Below, in pieces: positions 32,944 to 46,119 of a DNA stretch of 62,000 bases (position 1 is the first letter of the stretch; each line of letters opens with the position of its first letter). The position numbers and the translations under genes were made by a program. Location: contig MU061538.1 of NCBI GenBank assembly GCA_013265495.1, positions 2,003,339 through 2,065,338 of the forward strand. The letters are read 5' to 3'. Origin of the DNA: Vicugna vicugna (lineage: Eukaryota). The notes beneath the pieces are model-generated. The model was not told the DNA's origin. It worked only from the letters and a program-made list of their open reading frames with translations, and ran no database searches.

Positions 32944-34559
32944 ACATCATGAAACTGGGGGGCAATTGCTCTGCCAGGGCTGTGCACACTAGATTTGATA
33001 AGTGAGGGAGAGAAAATGGAGGCAGAGCAACCTGGTCACAGATTTTCTCATTTCCCGTAAACTCAGTTGCATCCCATCTCTTCAAAGGATTTTTCTCTTT
33101 GGTTACAATGCTGTGCTCAAACCACGAGTTGAATCACCCTCCCTCCTCAGAGCTGTCATTTTCAGCCAGGAGGAGCTGGGGCCCTGGGGGGCGACTGCGG
33201 AGCCGGCTGGCCTCACCCCCATCCTGGCTCGGGGTGTGTTAATCTGGCTCCCAGAATGGGGTCGACTTTTCTCCGAGACGTCGCGTCTCTCCTGCTCTCG
33301 CTCTGGGGAAAGTGAGGCCTGGTTTGTACTTCTGTCGTCACGCAAAGAACTTGTGAATGCGGGAGGCTACCCCAGGCTGGATTAAAAACCCGCTTTCATG
33401 CCAGCTGGGTTTCTGACAGAAATGCCACAAGCTGGCACCTGGCAGTGTTGCTGAGCGGGCAAAGTCAGAAGACTTTGATTTTGTGCAGCTCACACGGTGG
33501 AGCCTTCAGCATTTCACAGACTTCCCCATGTGACTTGCATTTTTGAAAGCGGATGGTGTGGGAAGTCTTGCTGGATCACCTCTAGTGTGATCAGGAACTA
33601 ATGGCGCTATTTGAAGTTCTGGGGATATCTGAAGTGAGCGACAACTGCCTCTGAATTCTCAGCTCACGTCCCACTGAATCATGCTCACTCCCCGTAGATC
33701 AGAAAACTGTGTTTATGCTGATCTTTATGCACAAAGCAGACTCAGCAGAGGCTGCGAGCCAGGGCCTCGGGCCGGGGTTCCAGCTCTGCCTCCAGGCGGT
33801 GTGGGTTGTGTGACAGTAAGCAAACTGCTCCTCTGCGAGGCTCGTCTAGAAAACGGGTCGATCTCAGCCTCCTTGGCATCTGGGGGCCCGAAGGGAAGAA
33901 CACATGGAGACACTGGGCGCAGTGGCGGTTCGTGATGGGTGAGCGGACGAGCGAGTGGAGTGCGCGTGTGCACTGAACCCCAAACGGGAAATCATCACGC
34001 AGCGGGAAGTCCTCGGGGTGGGTGCCCAGAGCCCCCGACTCCCCTCAGCTCTGCTGCACATGCAAACCACACCTCGCTTCCGAGACTGGCCTCGCGCTCC
34101 ACGCTCGGGCTGGGGCTGCTCACCGGCCCCCGGGATCCAGGCCCCCCTTCTTCCTTTTAGTAACAGAGCCTCGCCAACAAGTGTCAGCCGGACAACTGGC
34201 CAGAGAGACTGCAGCCGGGGTGGCCGGGGGGCTGTCCCATGGCCCCCAGGACATGTCCTCACAGAGGCAGCTCCTTGTCCCGGACTCTCCCCTCCTCCTA
34301 CCTGGAGCGAGGACAAGTGTCACGCAGGCGCAGCACACAGCACGCAGAGCAGCAGGGCAGAGGGGCCTGGACCCCGTGTGACCTCTGGGGCAGAGCTGCT
34401 GCTCCCGCGGGCCCCTGCCCCTGGGCTGTGGGGAGAGGCGGGCCTTCACCCAGATGCACAGCCCCAGATGAGCTCACTTCCACCAGAAGTCCCACTGCTC
34501 CCGCGCTCACATGTCCTCCGACTGCACGGTGACGCAGTGCCTCCTGCTCCCCGGTGCTT

Positions 34560-34710
34560 GGCAAATATTAACCATCTCCCTTTCACAGCAGCCATCTGAG
34601 GTCAGTGCTATCACGACCCCACACCTGAGGAAACTGAGGCACACGTGGGGTCCACCCTCGGCCAAGGACACAGCAGGCACGAGACAGGAGCAGGACTGGG
34701 CCCCGGCCAC
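34560..34710 (-). mobile_element. MIR fragment
   Basis: tgaggaaactgaggcacacg...ccaaggacacagc. Confidence 0.65.
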
Positions 34711-35299
34711 CAGGACCCCAACCTCCGGGCTGATCTCTCAGCTTCTATGCGGGAGGGGCCCCGAATTCAAGGACGAGAGGGGAGCGAGGCTCAGAATTCA
34801 AAGATGAGGTCCTGCAGCCCTCACCACCCGGCTGCTCAGTGACGGGTGTTAGAGCTGGGAGTGAACGCGCCCCTGGGGAGAGGGTGGGCATCTCCGAGGG
34901 GAGGAAGGCCTCCTTCAGTCTGGCTGGGGTCTGGCCCCTGCCTTGTGGGCTCACAGCTCCTCTGCCAGCTCTTGGGCCCCGGGATCCCGCACAAATGCGG
35001 CTTGGCCTGCTTTTGGCAAAAACAATGTCCCACGCGGTTTCCACCGTTAAAATAGTTTATCTCACGAGAGACTGCGTTATTTAAGTAGAGACGGCGTCTC
35101 CCCAGCTTCCATGAGAGCTCCTGGTCCGCCCGAGGTGACCTGTGTCACATCACTGAGGTGACGGAGGCTTCACCTCGTTCAGTGCCCTTGTCGCCAGGAG
35201 ACAGAGGAAGGTGGTCCCAGAGGGAGGGGGTGGGGACACATTCCCTGCATCACTTGTTTCCAAATCCTTGGGGCCCTGGGAAGCAAATGCGGCTTCCAG

Positions 35300-35505
35300 C
35301 ATCAGACCTGGTTTCAGCCGCATTCTTGTTTCAGCACTCACTAGCTACACGGTCTTGGACAAACCGCTAAATTTGTCCAAGCCTCAGTTGCCACATCTGT
35401 ATAATGGGTAGGGTAACAATTGACCCGTCGGTCCGCTGACACAGGGCTGCTGTAATGAGACCAGGCAAAGCACCCTGAAAACAGCTGAACCTAATAAAAA
35501 GTATT
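35300..35505 (+). mobile_element. MIR fragment
   Basis: cactagctacacggtcttggacaaaccgctaaatttgtccaagcctcagttgccacatctgtataatggg. Confidence 0.7.
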
Positions 35506-35849
35506 GCCTTGCCCAAGGCACCACCCAGCCTCCTGAGCTCCTGCAGCTCTGGCTGGTCACAGTCATCCGCTCTCTTTCCTCGCCCGCATCCTCAGGTCTG
35601 CCTCTCAGAGCTGGCTGGCAGCCTCCCCTGCTCCTCATCCCGGCCCCTTTCCACCCTCCTCTGGCTATTTCATTATCCGCAGTCCTCACCTCCATCCATG
35701 CAAACACTCCCGGAAGAGTTATCGTCCTAAAACAAGACGCCGACAATATAATTTCCCTAATTGGAAAACTGTCTGGTGTCCTCCTGCTCACAGAAGATCC
35801 CAGCCCACCGCAGCCCCTTTCCCGCCAAGCCCTGCCCACCCTCCCAGCA

Positions 35850-36135
35850 GCTCCATGAACATGCCAGGACCTGCATGACCCTGTGCCTGTGTAATCGCTG
35901 GTCCTGCCGACCCAACGCCCACCCTTCCCTCGTCCCCTTCTCCAAGCTCCAGTTCACCCTAAAGATCCGGCTGAAAAGGCAGCTTCTCAGTGCAGCCTCT
36001 CGCCCCCACCTCAGGTACCAAATCCTCTGCCCGCACCTGCCAGCCAGCTTTGTAACCTGTTGGTGTCCACACCTGCGTGATCTGTGAGCCCCTCCACATG
36101 GCCACCGGCACCTAGCAGGTGCTCACTAAACGTGC
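35850..36135 (+). mobile_element. L2 3' end fragment (degenerate)
   Basis: ctgtgagcccctcc...ggcacctagcaggtgctcactaaacgt resembles the L2 terminus. Confidence 0.5.
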
Positions 36136-36274
36136 AGCACCAGGCGTGACAGCCCAAGGCCTGATCCGATAGCAACCAGCGGGGGCTCCAGGTGAAGTTA
36201 CACTTCCTGAGTGTGTCCGCACTTCCATGAAGGCCTGAGATCCATCGTCTCGTCTCAGAGCTTAACCAGGCCCA

Positions 36275-36392
36275 CTGTGTTAACCACGTTTTACAGAGAA
36301 GGAAATGGAAGCTCGGAAAGATGATAACAAGCTGCCCAGCTCACAGCTCACAGCTCGCAGTGGCAGGACACGGACCCAGTCTGGCTGACTCC
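36275..36392 (-). mobile_element. MIR fragment
   Basis: ccacgttttacagagaaggaaatggaagctcggaaag...gctgcccagctcacag...cccagtctggctgactcc. Confidence 0.65.
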
Positions 36393-39300
36393 GCAGCGCA
36401 CGCACATTCCCCTCTCCTGGGCTGCTTCTCCGTGCCCCGGCTCTCTCAGAAACGGCTGCTTCCCTTTATAGAGCAGATGCTCCGGCTCAAAGAAGGCTTA
36501 GGAATGAGGAGACCAAGAGCTCACAACCCCAGCTCAGCCCTCCGTCCCCAGGCTACAGACTGGCTTTCTTCACGGGGTGGGGGCTCTGCTTCCCGCCTTG
36601 TTCTGCACTTCATGACGATGCTAAGTGCCTCACTGGAGACCTAGTTTGGGGATGGGGCCACGTATGACCACACCCACTGGCCTTCTGGCGGCCGGAGGAC
36701 CTGCAGTTGCGGGTAAAGCCAGGGGCACCCAGCCCCAGCACTCACCTCTGTGGTGAGACGTCTGTTAGAAGCGTCACCACGTCAAGATGGATGCTAAAAG
36801 CACAGCTCAGTGGGGCTCCCTTCCAGGAGGGTCTTCATCAGCCGTGCTGGCCCGGGGGCAGCAGGGACGCTGCGCGGCTGCCCCGGGCCCCCGTCCAGCC
36901 CGGCAGTCACACTGGGCCCTCGCTGCTTCATTACTGCCGGCTCCATGGCTCCCCAGCATGCACGGTTCTTAAGCAGGGATCATTTTTTCTGTCAGGCTAG
37001 AATCAAATACTGTAAATTCCGAACGGCAGTCAGAGGAACAAAGGGGTTCAGAGAGAGCGGCCGTACCGTGTCTGGGAGAAAGAGACCCAGTGAGCGGCCA
37101 TGTCCTGGATGGGGGTGTACACGCCACCGTCCTCTTTGTCCACACCCGTGGATGCGTGCTCTTCAGAGCTGGGTTTCAGGATGGGGGCGTGGAGGGAGTA
37201 TCAAGCACTCACACCCCCATTTACTGGAGCAAAACACTCCTGGTAGAAAAAAGCATTTGCCGAGGGCAACACCTGCTCCCGGAACCCGCCCAGACCGCCC
37301 CAGACCTGCCATCCCCAGCCTGGAGGAAGGGAACCCGGCCGTTGTGTCCAGCCTGAGAAAGAGCCTGCACTGCGGAGGCCACGGCCAGGTGGGTGTCCAG
37401 GCTGCCAGACAGACGCCCTTTTTGCCGCTGGCTCCTTCAGAAGGGGTGGCCGACGCAGAGCCCGGCATGCTGGATGCCATGGGTCTCAGGTGGTCAGAAT
37501 TAGCGTCATGGCAACCGGCCGTGGTCCATCACCGGGGGTGGGAGGGAGAACCAGGCGGCCCCCCTCCAGTGCTACCAGGACTTCCACTACTGAGAGAACC
37601 ACCAGGGGGTCCATGAGGGCGCCAAGCTCAGGTCACCAGGAGAGCCTCCAAAGACGGAACAGGGCCTTTCCAAGAGCAAGCCTGGAAAACGTATTCCGGA
37701 ACCAGTCAGCACAAAATTGTTTCCCTCATTGTCCTAGATACACAGCAAAGGGGCTGCCCTCTGCTGTCAGCGACCGCGGTGCAGGAGGTGGCTCCTGAGT
37801 TTCTGCGTTGAGCAATTACTTTGATAGCTCAGGAAGATATGGTCTTGTGCTGCTGAGGTGGTGGGCACAAAGCAGAGATTCTAGACAAAGCATCACTGCT
37901 TTAAAATTGAATTTTGCTTTTTTCCCCAGCTTTCAAAGTCCAGCCCAATTCCTGTAGACTAATTCCTCAAACAAAAACAAAAAACCCCAAACCAAACCAA
38001 CCCAACCCCCCAAAACAGAACTTCAGTTGCTTCATTTTTCTATGGAAAACAAATGCTTTTATGTTATACTCTTTTTTTCTGAGGAGTGGTGGACGGTTCT
38101 TCATTATTTTTTTACATTTGTTTATTTTTTGAATATTTTTGTATTTTTACACTTCTTTCCAATGTTTAGGATGGAAACTCCAGAAACCTTACAGAATTAC
38201 ATGTGCCCTGATTTCTCATCTCCACAGCCCGTGATGCACCAGCATTCTGCCGAGTTTCCCTTCCCCCCTGAGAATCCAGCATCTCACTCCTTCTTCCTTC
38301 TGGAGGGCCCCCACCACGGCGTCCTCCCCAGACCCACTCCGAGGACCTCACAAAGAAGGCACCCCTTCCCCAGGGAATGGGTTCCCAGTGGCGCCAACTC
38401 AGCCATTGTCCAGGGAAGGGTTAGGGGACGGGGCCTGTGGCTCCCGGATCTCACCAGGCTCACGAACGTCTCGGTCCCGCCCAAGCACCAGCCTTCTCCA
38501 ACCACAGCCACCCGCCACCAGGTCTGATATGAGGTTGGAGGTGCAGACGGACATTTGGGTTCCTGGATGACTTGCAATTTCCCCCCGACTAGGCCCCATA
38601 AACGCCCGACCCCAGGCTGCGGCAGGCTGCTTTCTTGGGCCTCGCTGCCTCGTTTTCTCTGCAATATTGTCTGCAGCTGTAGGACCGTGGCTGTGAAGGA
38701 TGATGCATTATTAACCCCGCGTCTCAGACCATGCATTCTGAAAGCCACTCGCTGATGTTTTAAAGACCCCGGCAGCAGCCAAGGGCCCTCACCGAAGGCA
38801 GGGATCGGAGCGCCGGACGGGGCGGTGGCCTCTCAGCCCAGCAGTAGGTCGGCACATTACCATCTCACACAAGGGGTGTCACAGTCCTTTTTAAATAAAA
38901 TTGGAAAATACATGCTTTATGTTTTTCATTTTGCAATGTTTTCTAAGAGATGCCATACTGTGAGATTTTATTTTTAATGACTTTCCCACTCAGACATACA
39001 CAGCTTGTGAAGATACTCTCACTGTTTTCAACAAACGATGTTGAATTCGTCTTGATTTCAAAGTTACTCTCATCTAGCCACTTCCATGGAGTGCGACCCC
39101 TGCCCCCACCGCCCCTGGCACCCAGTCACTTTAGTGAGGTGACGGCCCTCTGTCCGCCCACCCCCTCTGCGTCTCTGTACCCATTGCACAGCCAGTTAAC
39201 TCCAGGGATCCTGTTTGGTCCCCAGACGCCTGCCCTTTAGCCCAGGTGTTTCTGCAGACATTTCCCTTCCTAGTCCACAGCAGGAGAACAACCGGAGGAA

Positions 39301-40633
39301 CTTCGCGCGGAGAAATCAGCGAGTCTGGGCCTCCCTTGCTTGGTTCAGAACGCCTCCCACTCCAGCAGCTGCCGTGGAGGGGGTGACGCCCGTGTGGCCA
39401 TCCCGGGGCACTCAGACTCCCTTCCACTGAACACACGGCCCCTCTACTTCACGGCAGCCTCCCCGAGCTCTCCCAGCGCTGGTGGAAAGGACCCTGAGAC
39501 CTGGACGCACCTGGCCTGGCCATCTGCCGGCGCCATGGGTGCTGGGGACGACGACCATGCAGAAAGGAGAGGGAGTGGGAATGTGGCGAAGGGGCCCCTG
39601 CACAGGGCCGGGGCTGCTGGAGTGTTCGTCAGCTCTGAGTAAGTCCCTGGAGGATTGTTTTTGCAGTGAGCACTCTCACAGCCAGCAAGTGGGTGACCCG
39701 GGACTTGTCTCTGTTTATTCAGTGGGGACCAGGGTGTGGTGAGGCTTCCCCATCACGGGCTTGGGGGTTGGGGCCTGTGTCCGTGCCACTTGCTCTGCCC
39801 ACGCTCCCTCCGCCCTTCCCCGCCTACTCTGACCCCAGGAGGAATAATCTGGACACAACCAATGGGCTCCCTTGCCTTTGGTTGGCTTTGGGCAGCGGGA
39901 GGACCAACCTGCATCAGAGGCAGGGAGGAGAGTGCGGTGGGCACGTCCCAGCTCCTTGCCTGCAGGGTCACTGTGGCCGCTGCCTACTCCGCAGCCCCTC
40001 CCTCTGGGTTCAGGTGACTGTCCTCACCTCCGGCCCCTCAGGCCACGGGGCATCGGCTGTTAGCAGCCCGGGAGTCTGCACTTACGCCTGGGTTCCCTAC
40101 GCCGAACCCACATCTCAACACGCTTCTCTATTTTCTCCCTCTTGGGAATGAGACTGGTACTTCTGGCCATCTGATCATTAATTTGAAGTTGCTCACAGGC
40201 TGGCCATCTTTAGGGTGAAGTCGGACCTTTCACAGGCCCGCTCCTTGCTTTCCACTCACTCCTCACCAGCTGCCCGTCCACGCTGGCCTCGGGCAGGATG
40301 GACCGCCTCCAGGTGTGCCCGCCGGCCATGCCCCGCCTCCTCTTGCTCCTTTGCGGGAACTGCCCTGTCCAGGCAGAAGCTGGCTGGGTCCTCCCAGCTT
40401 CAACTCTTACACTTATGTCCCAAGTTCACATTTCTGGAGGCAGCCCCCTTCCTACCCCCACCAAATACAGCTCAGGGTCACTCTGCGGAGAGAGCCGGGG
40501 CAGTGTGCCCTGGCTTGTTTCTGGAGACCCTCCTACATACGGGGACCAGCTCCTTCTCCTCAGGAGAGGAGTGTCACCACGGGCCTCCTATGCCAGGGGC
40601 CGCATCAACTCGATAAAAAAGTGGAGAGTTGGT

Positions 40634-40718
40634 GGGGAGAGTGTAGCTCAGTGGTAGACTGCGTGCTTAGCACGCATGGGGTCCTGGGTTCAATCCTTAG
40701 CACCTCCATTTTAAAAAA
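40634..40718 (+). mobile_element. Short tRNA-Ala(AGC)-derived SINE (camelid Vic-1-like) with TSD
   Basis: ggggagagtgtagctcagtggtagactgcgtgcttagcacgcatggggtcctgggttcaatccttagcacctcca + A-tail. A box 40644-40654, B box 40687-40696. TSD aaaaaagtggagagttgg (40615-40632) / aaaaaagtggggagttgg (40713-40730). Confidence 0.88.
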
Positions 40719-43700
40719 GTGGGGAGTTGGCCTCCATTTAAAAAAAAGTGAGGAGTTGGCAGTCTTTGGCTTTCTTAATAGAAATCGAATTTAAATTCTG
40801 GCTCTGTGCCTGGACACTCCGTCAACGATCTGACTGACCTCTTGGGCTTGGGTTTCCTTGAGTTCCCTAACAGTGTCATGGGGACGAACCCCACCCTGCT
40901 CTCACCCGACCCAGCCAAGAGGGAGTGTGGCCCAAAGTCGCTGCCACTCACCCTGCACCCGGGCAGCTCCTGATCCTCTGGCTTAGCTCCTCCCCTTCCC
41001 GCAGGAGGAATTAGTGACTGCACTGCAGCCCAGAGCTGCACCAGGAAGAGCTTGGATGCTGAGTGACGGTGTCTCCTCAGACACAGCTGATTGGCTGGCT
41101 CCTCTTACCAAGCCCAGGGCAGCCCAATGCCTGGTTCGGGGACCCACTGAGACTCCAGTGCCAGGGATCACTGGAGGGCTGATGGTAGCAGGCTGGGAGG
41201 AAGTGGGGTAAACAAGCCTAGAGATGGTCCTCACAGTGAGAACCCCCCGGTTCCCAGCAGGGACAGCCCAGCCCAGCAAAACCGAACAGAAGGGTGGGAC
41301 GTGCAGGGAGAGGAGGCGGTGTCCCTGGTCAGTGCCTGGCCGTCCTGCAAGCCTTCAAAAGGGCCCTGCCTCTGCAGAGCTTTCCCCACCCCCTGGAACT
41401 CCTCCTGCACTAGCACATGACCTCAGCCTCGCAGCTCACAGCTCTGAGCCGGCTCTTATCCTCCTCTTGTTGTTTCCCGTGGGTTGGCTTTGTTTTCCTA
41501 ACGAGATCATCAGATCTGTGGGCTGGATGCATTAACACAAACATGAAGGGCTGGTGAAATCAGAACAAGTGAAAATGATGCTGAGAGGAATAGTCTCAGG
41601 TATCACTGGACCATTAAGAACCTTGGTCTCTTCTTCTATAAACTAGGAGTTGGAGGTGTGTCTGACTTTTCATTCTAAGGGCAGTGGAGGGGACATCTCC
41701 TGGTGCTGAACCTTGTACTTTCCTTTGATCTGAATTTCTCCCTCACTAGGGCTAGTCATCCTTCTTCATCTCGCCCTGGCTTACAGTTCAGATAGGCTCC
41801 ACCTAGCGCTCCTTCATTCAACGGCCACATGGCCCCAGGAACCTCAGACCAGAGGCTTCTCCATGCCCACAGCCGCATCCCTGAGAAGAACGCAATGCTC
41901 TTAGACATAGGAGGGCTGAAGGAAAGAGAGCGGGTGAATCAGGGTTTAACTGACCACCTGGAGCACAGCATCCTCGCAGAACTCACCCTCCGATGAAGGT
42001 CCATCCACAGCCCACCTTCAAGTTAAAAATGCCACATATTTTGAACTAAAAGGAACCTTAAAGTAAGCTGATTTAAAACACCCTCTGAGAAGCCAGAAAA
42101 CTTAAAAGGCTTTGATGGACTAACAACCAAACGTTCTGACTCCCCGACCAGCTTTCTCTTCTCCAAGCCGGGAGGAAAGGCTGACAGTTCTGGTCTAGGT
42201 AACTAGAACCTTCTGCCCCAGGTGGCTCACTCTTCCTCGAGGAGCCCTCCAAGATGGCTCACTTTAATGACAGCAAACCGCTGCCTTTGGACACTGCTTA
42301 ACACTCTTGAAAGTTCCTTGCATTTTCCCGCTGAATTGTCTCAACCACCCCGTGGGGCTGGCTCTCGTGGCCTCGCTCCCCAGGTCAGCCGGCCTGAGGC
42401 TGCGTGAAGAGAGGCCCGCCGCAAGCCCTGGGCGCCCGGACCCCGGCGCTCAGGACTCCGCCAGCGCCCCTCGCCCCGGCCTGGGCCCTGCTGGCACCGC
42501 GCCCGCGCTCCGCAGGCCGCCGCTGCCCCTGCGCGGGAGGCGCGGACTCGCCTGGATCCACGCACGACGTACAGACTGTCCCCTAAATGACCTCCAGCGC
42601 CCGGTCTCCGAGAGCAGCGTACGGGGCAGAGGTGGCCACAGAGAGTCAAGCTGAGTGGCCCGCCTTGGCAGTGGCCTGCGATGGCCCCTCACCTCGACAG
42701 CAGAGCCCATGCCCCCCCGACGCCGCCTGATCTGCCTAGCCTCCCCCACAGCTTCCTGCTCTACAAAGTGGGGAGCCATGCAAGTGCCACCCTCACAGAC
42801 CTGCCCTGAGGACGAAGTGAGCTGACACACGGGACGTGTGTAGGACAGCGCCTGGCCCTCAGCTCCTGCTGCCTCATTGCTTCGGACAAGCACTCACTCA
42901 GCAGTTATGCTGTGCACGTACAAGCATCACCGTTTCCACAGTTGAGCCGGTGCTCAAGGTCAGGGGACGCGTGAGCATGCAGGTGCCAGCAGGGAAGGGA
43001 AGAGCGTCTGTTCCCTCCCGAGGCTGGAGAGAGCAGCAGACTCTCTGGGAGGCAGAGGTGCCCCATCTGTGATCAGAACACTTCCACGGCCTGAGGCAGC
43101 AGCCTGTGGTCTGGGGCTGGCTCACAGGCTAGCTCGAGCCCCTGAGCCACGGGTCACTTACCCGGGGTGCAGGGGTGCTGCCCGCAGAGACATCACAGCC
43201 ATCTGGCCTACCTGCTTCCCTTCCAGAACGCCGCCCCTCCCAGGCAGGATACGAACTCCAGCACACACTGGCTGGAGCCCTGAATGTTCTGGGTTGGGGG
43301 TCGCTCGTCCAGGTCTTAACCCACATCCCTCCTGATGCGACAAGACCTCCTTTCTCTTCCCTGTGTACAGAATTTAGGGTGGAAAAGAGAAGGTTTGAAT
43401 CAATGCTACCTAAGTCACACTTTCTTGGGACACAACTTCCAGGCTTAAATCAGCAGAGTACCCTTCTGTCCTCATGGAGGGAGAGATGGCGGAGATATGC
43501 ACTTGCATCAGTTAGGCGCCCACTGCATGCAGGCCTATGAAGGGCCCCTCAGCCCGGGGCTACAGGAACAAGGACGACATCAGGACAATGGCACAGTACC
43601 ACGGGGTGCACACTGACAGACCTTGGTCCCGGGCACTATGGGAGCCGAGAGGAGGGGCCCTTCCCAGCCGAGATGGGGAGGAGGCTGGGAACAGGGTCAA

Positions 43701-43977
43701 GAGGGGGACCGTCTCAGGGAGGGTAGCTCCAGTTTAGAACGCACATTCCCAGAGTCTTTGGGTTGAAAGGAACCTCTGTGCTCAGGACATTTGGACAATT
43801 AAAAAATAAAGATAAAGACCCAACAAGGACTTGCGGCGGCTGTCTCCCTCCAGGTCCCCGGGAGCCTGACCCTGCCAGGAGAGGCCCCGTCCCCAGAGCT
43901 TCGAGGGAGGCTGGCGCCCCCAGCAGGAACCAACCAGCAGGGGCAGGCTTCCGGTGGCAGAGGCTGCAAAGATGAGC

Positions 43978-44077
43978 CAGAGGGTCTCCACCTTGACGCT
44001 AGTTTAGAATCACCCAAAGAGCTTTAAAATGCTCCTCAGGGAGTTCCACGTGCAGCCAGGTGCTATGGGAACCCAGA
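43978..44077. mobile_element. Internally deleted MER5A-like MITE
   Basis: cagagggtctccaccttg...ttagaatcacccaaagagctttaaaatgctcctcagggagttccacgtgcagccagg...ggaacccagag retains both ends. Confidence 0.6.
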
Positions 44078-44719
44078 GGCACTGAGCTGTGTTCACGGAA
44101 CCACACATCCGGTGTCTTGTTTGGTCTGCAGCCTGCTGGGTGCTTGGGACAGAGGATGGTTTTCCCATTTCACAGAGTAAGCAGATTCATGGGGGCCAAG
44201 TGGCCAAACATCACAGATGTGGCAAGAGGCATGGAGTCAAGTTTGCAAACCCACGCCTGCTCCTCTGCTGGCCAGAGGTCCTGGCTGTGCGCTGACCCGC
44301 TCACAGCCATGGACTCAGTGGAGCAGCTGCCAAGGGCACAGTTTCTGAGTTTCCTGGAACCTCTCACTTTCGAGGGGATCACAGAGCCCTGGGTCTCCTT
44401 GGGATGAGCTGTTTTGTCACACGTGGGAACTGAAAGACTGAGCTGTCTTGCTTAGTCTCAGAGCCACCTGGACAAGGGGATGGGGTGACATCAACAGGGG
44501 TGCAGGCTCTGGGAGCATCAGGGTGCACCAGGACCTGTGGGGGAGGGGGCGGGAAAGGGAGCCAAGGAGGAGCCCCACAGGAGCAGGAAGGGGACCTGCC
44601 AGGACCCCCTGCCATGTTGCTGCTCTGCTGCTGCTGTCCCCTGGCAACCTCACGGCCTTCTGGGATTCATGGTCGTCCATCAGGGCCACCAGAGGCCGCC
44701 CTCAGGCCTGAGGGGAGCC

Positions 44720-44985
44720 GAGGCACAGACACGCACTGAGGGGGAACGATTCCTAGACACTCACAGGGAGAAGGAGGCCGTGCGAGGACAGAGGTAGGTC
44801 TTGGGATGCTGCGTCCGCAAACCAAGGGATGCTGGGGGCCGACAGCCACCACCAGGAGCTGAAGAGTCGAGGAAGGCCTGCCCAGATATGATCTCAGACT
44901 TCCAGCCTCAAGAATTATGAAAAAAATTTCTGTGGTCTTAAGCCACTGCTTGTGGTGCTTTTTAAGGCAGGCCCCGGAAGCTGCT
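44720..44985 (+). mobile_element. MLT1C-like LTR 3' part
   Basis: gccaccaccaggagctgaagag...gatctcagacttccagcctcaagaattatga...aatttctgtggtcttaagccact. Confidence 0.75.
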
Positions 44986-45949
44986 GGAGATGGTAAAGTG
45001 ACAACTGGACGTGGGCTGTGCCAGGAGGGAGGGCTCAGGGAAGCGGTGGGGCGCCGTCCAGTCCACCGCCAGCAACCCCAAAGCTCGTGAAGAGGCTGTG
45101 CAGGAGGACAGGGCTGCGGCTGGAGGCCCTTAGAGGTGAGCTAGTCTAGACTCCACTCAACACATAGGACACAGCCCGGGGAGGCCGTCAGGATAGAAGG
45201 GGGCTGAGGTCACAGCCCATACCTGGGGGTTCCTTCCTGGGAAGCAGGGAGGTTATGAGCCCCTCAGATGTGCTTTGTCATCTTGGCCTCCCCAGTCCTA
45301 ACGGGTGTCTGGGGCACAAAGAGGCTCAGAATAATTTGGTGGCTGTCTGCCATTCCTAGACTGGCCAGCACCCACATGACGCCCACCGCCCACCTGCCCC
45401 CGGCCTGGGCAGCAGCACTTTCAGCCTCCTGGGGACACTCCAAAGGCCCCGCCTGGGAGGTTTTAGAACAGCATCCCTCCCAGCACGTAGCTGACTCCTC
45501 ACCCAGCCAGATGGAGGGAGGGCCTTGTCCTCTGCGGGTGGGGCAGCAGCAGCAGCTTAGCCATGAGGCCCCCCAACATCGGGGCTGCACAGGGAGCCCG
45601 CACTGGCCTCCCCACGTCCTCTCCTGCCTGCCTCTGTCCGACTGTCCCTGATCTGTTTCACTTAGAAAAATACTTTTGTTTTAATTTAGCTTCATTTGGT
45701 CACTTTTTATATAAGCTCCTCCTTCCTCCCCCAACCCAGGTCATTTTCTATGTTATCCATCCCCCACATAGGGATCTAAGGTCCCTGGGAACCTCCCGGG
45801 ACTCCAGTGGACAATGGAGTTGAAACAAAGTGAATTTGCACCAGGAAAAGGTGGGTTGACTTTGCACAGGAAAAAAAAAAGTTCTAGCCAGAAGTGACCT
45901 GAGAAGCGGCCACCCACTCACTCAGCTTTTCTACTAAGTGAAAAGCTCA

Positions 45950-46035
45950 GTAGGGGAAGCCACTGAGGCCTAAAGAGGTGAGAGGACTTGCTCAAGGTCA
46001 CACTCAAGGTCACAAGGTAGTTAGTGCCAGCCAAG
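45950..46035 (-). mobile_element. MIR core fragment with internal 12-bp duplication
   Basis: actgaggcctaaagaggtgagaggacttgctcaaggtcacactcaaggtcaca. Confidence 0.7.
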
Positions 46036-46119
46036 CGTCTCTGCAGTGAGCGCATCCCTGCCTCCCCCTCTTCCTCCTCTTTCCCGGCTACTTCACAGCC
46101 ACCTCTCCCCGCCCCCATC

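Noticed and set aside
38027..38527. 166-aa ORF with a Phe-rich, membrane-like N-terminus
   Set aside because: Hydrophobicity comes from a T-rich low-complexity tract, possibly an old antisense L1 remnant; non-ATG start.
40634..40708. Functional tRNA-Ala(AGC) gene
   Set aside because: Two acceptor-stem mismatches, a broken D stem, an A-tail, a TSD and a second diverged copy at 29929-30010 indicate a SINE.
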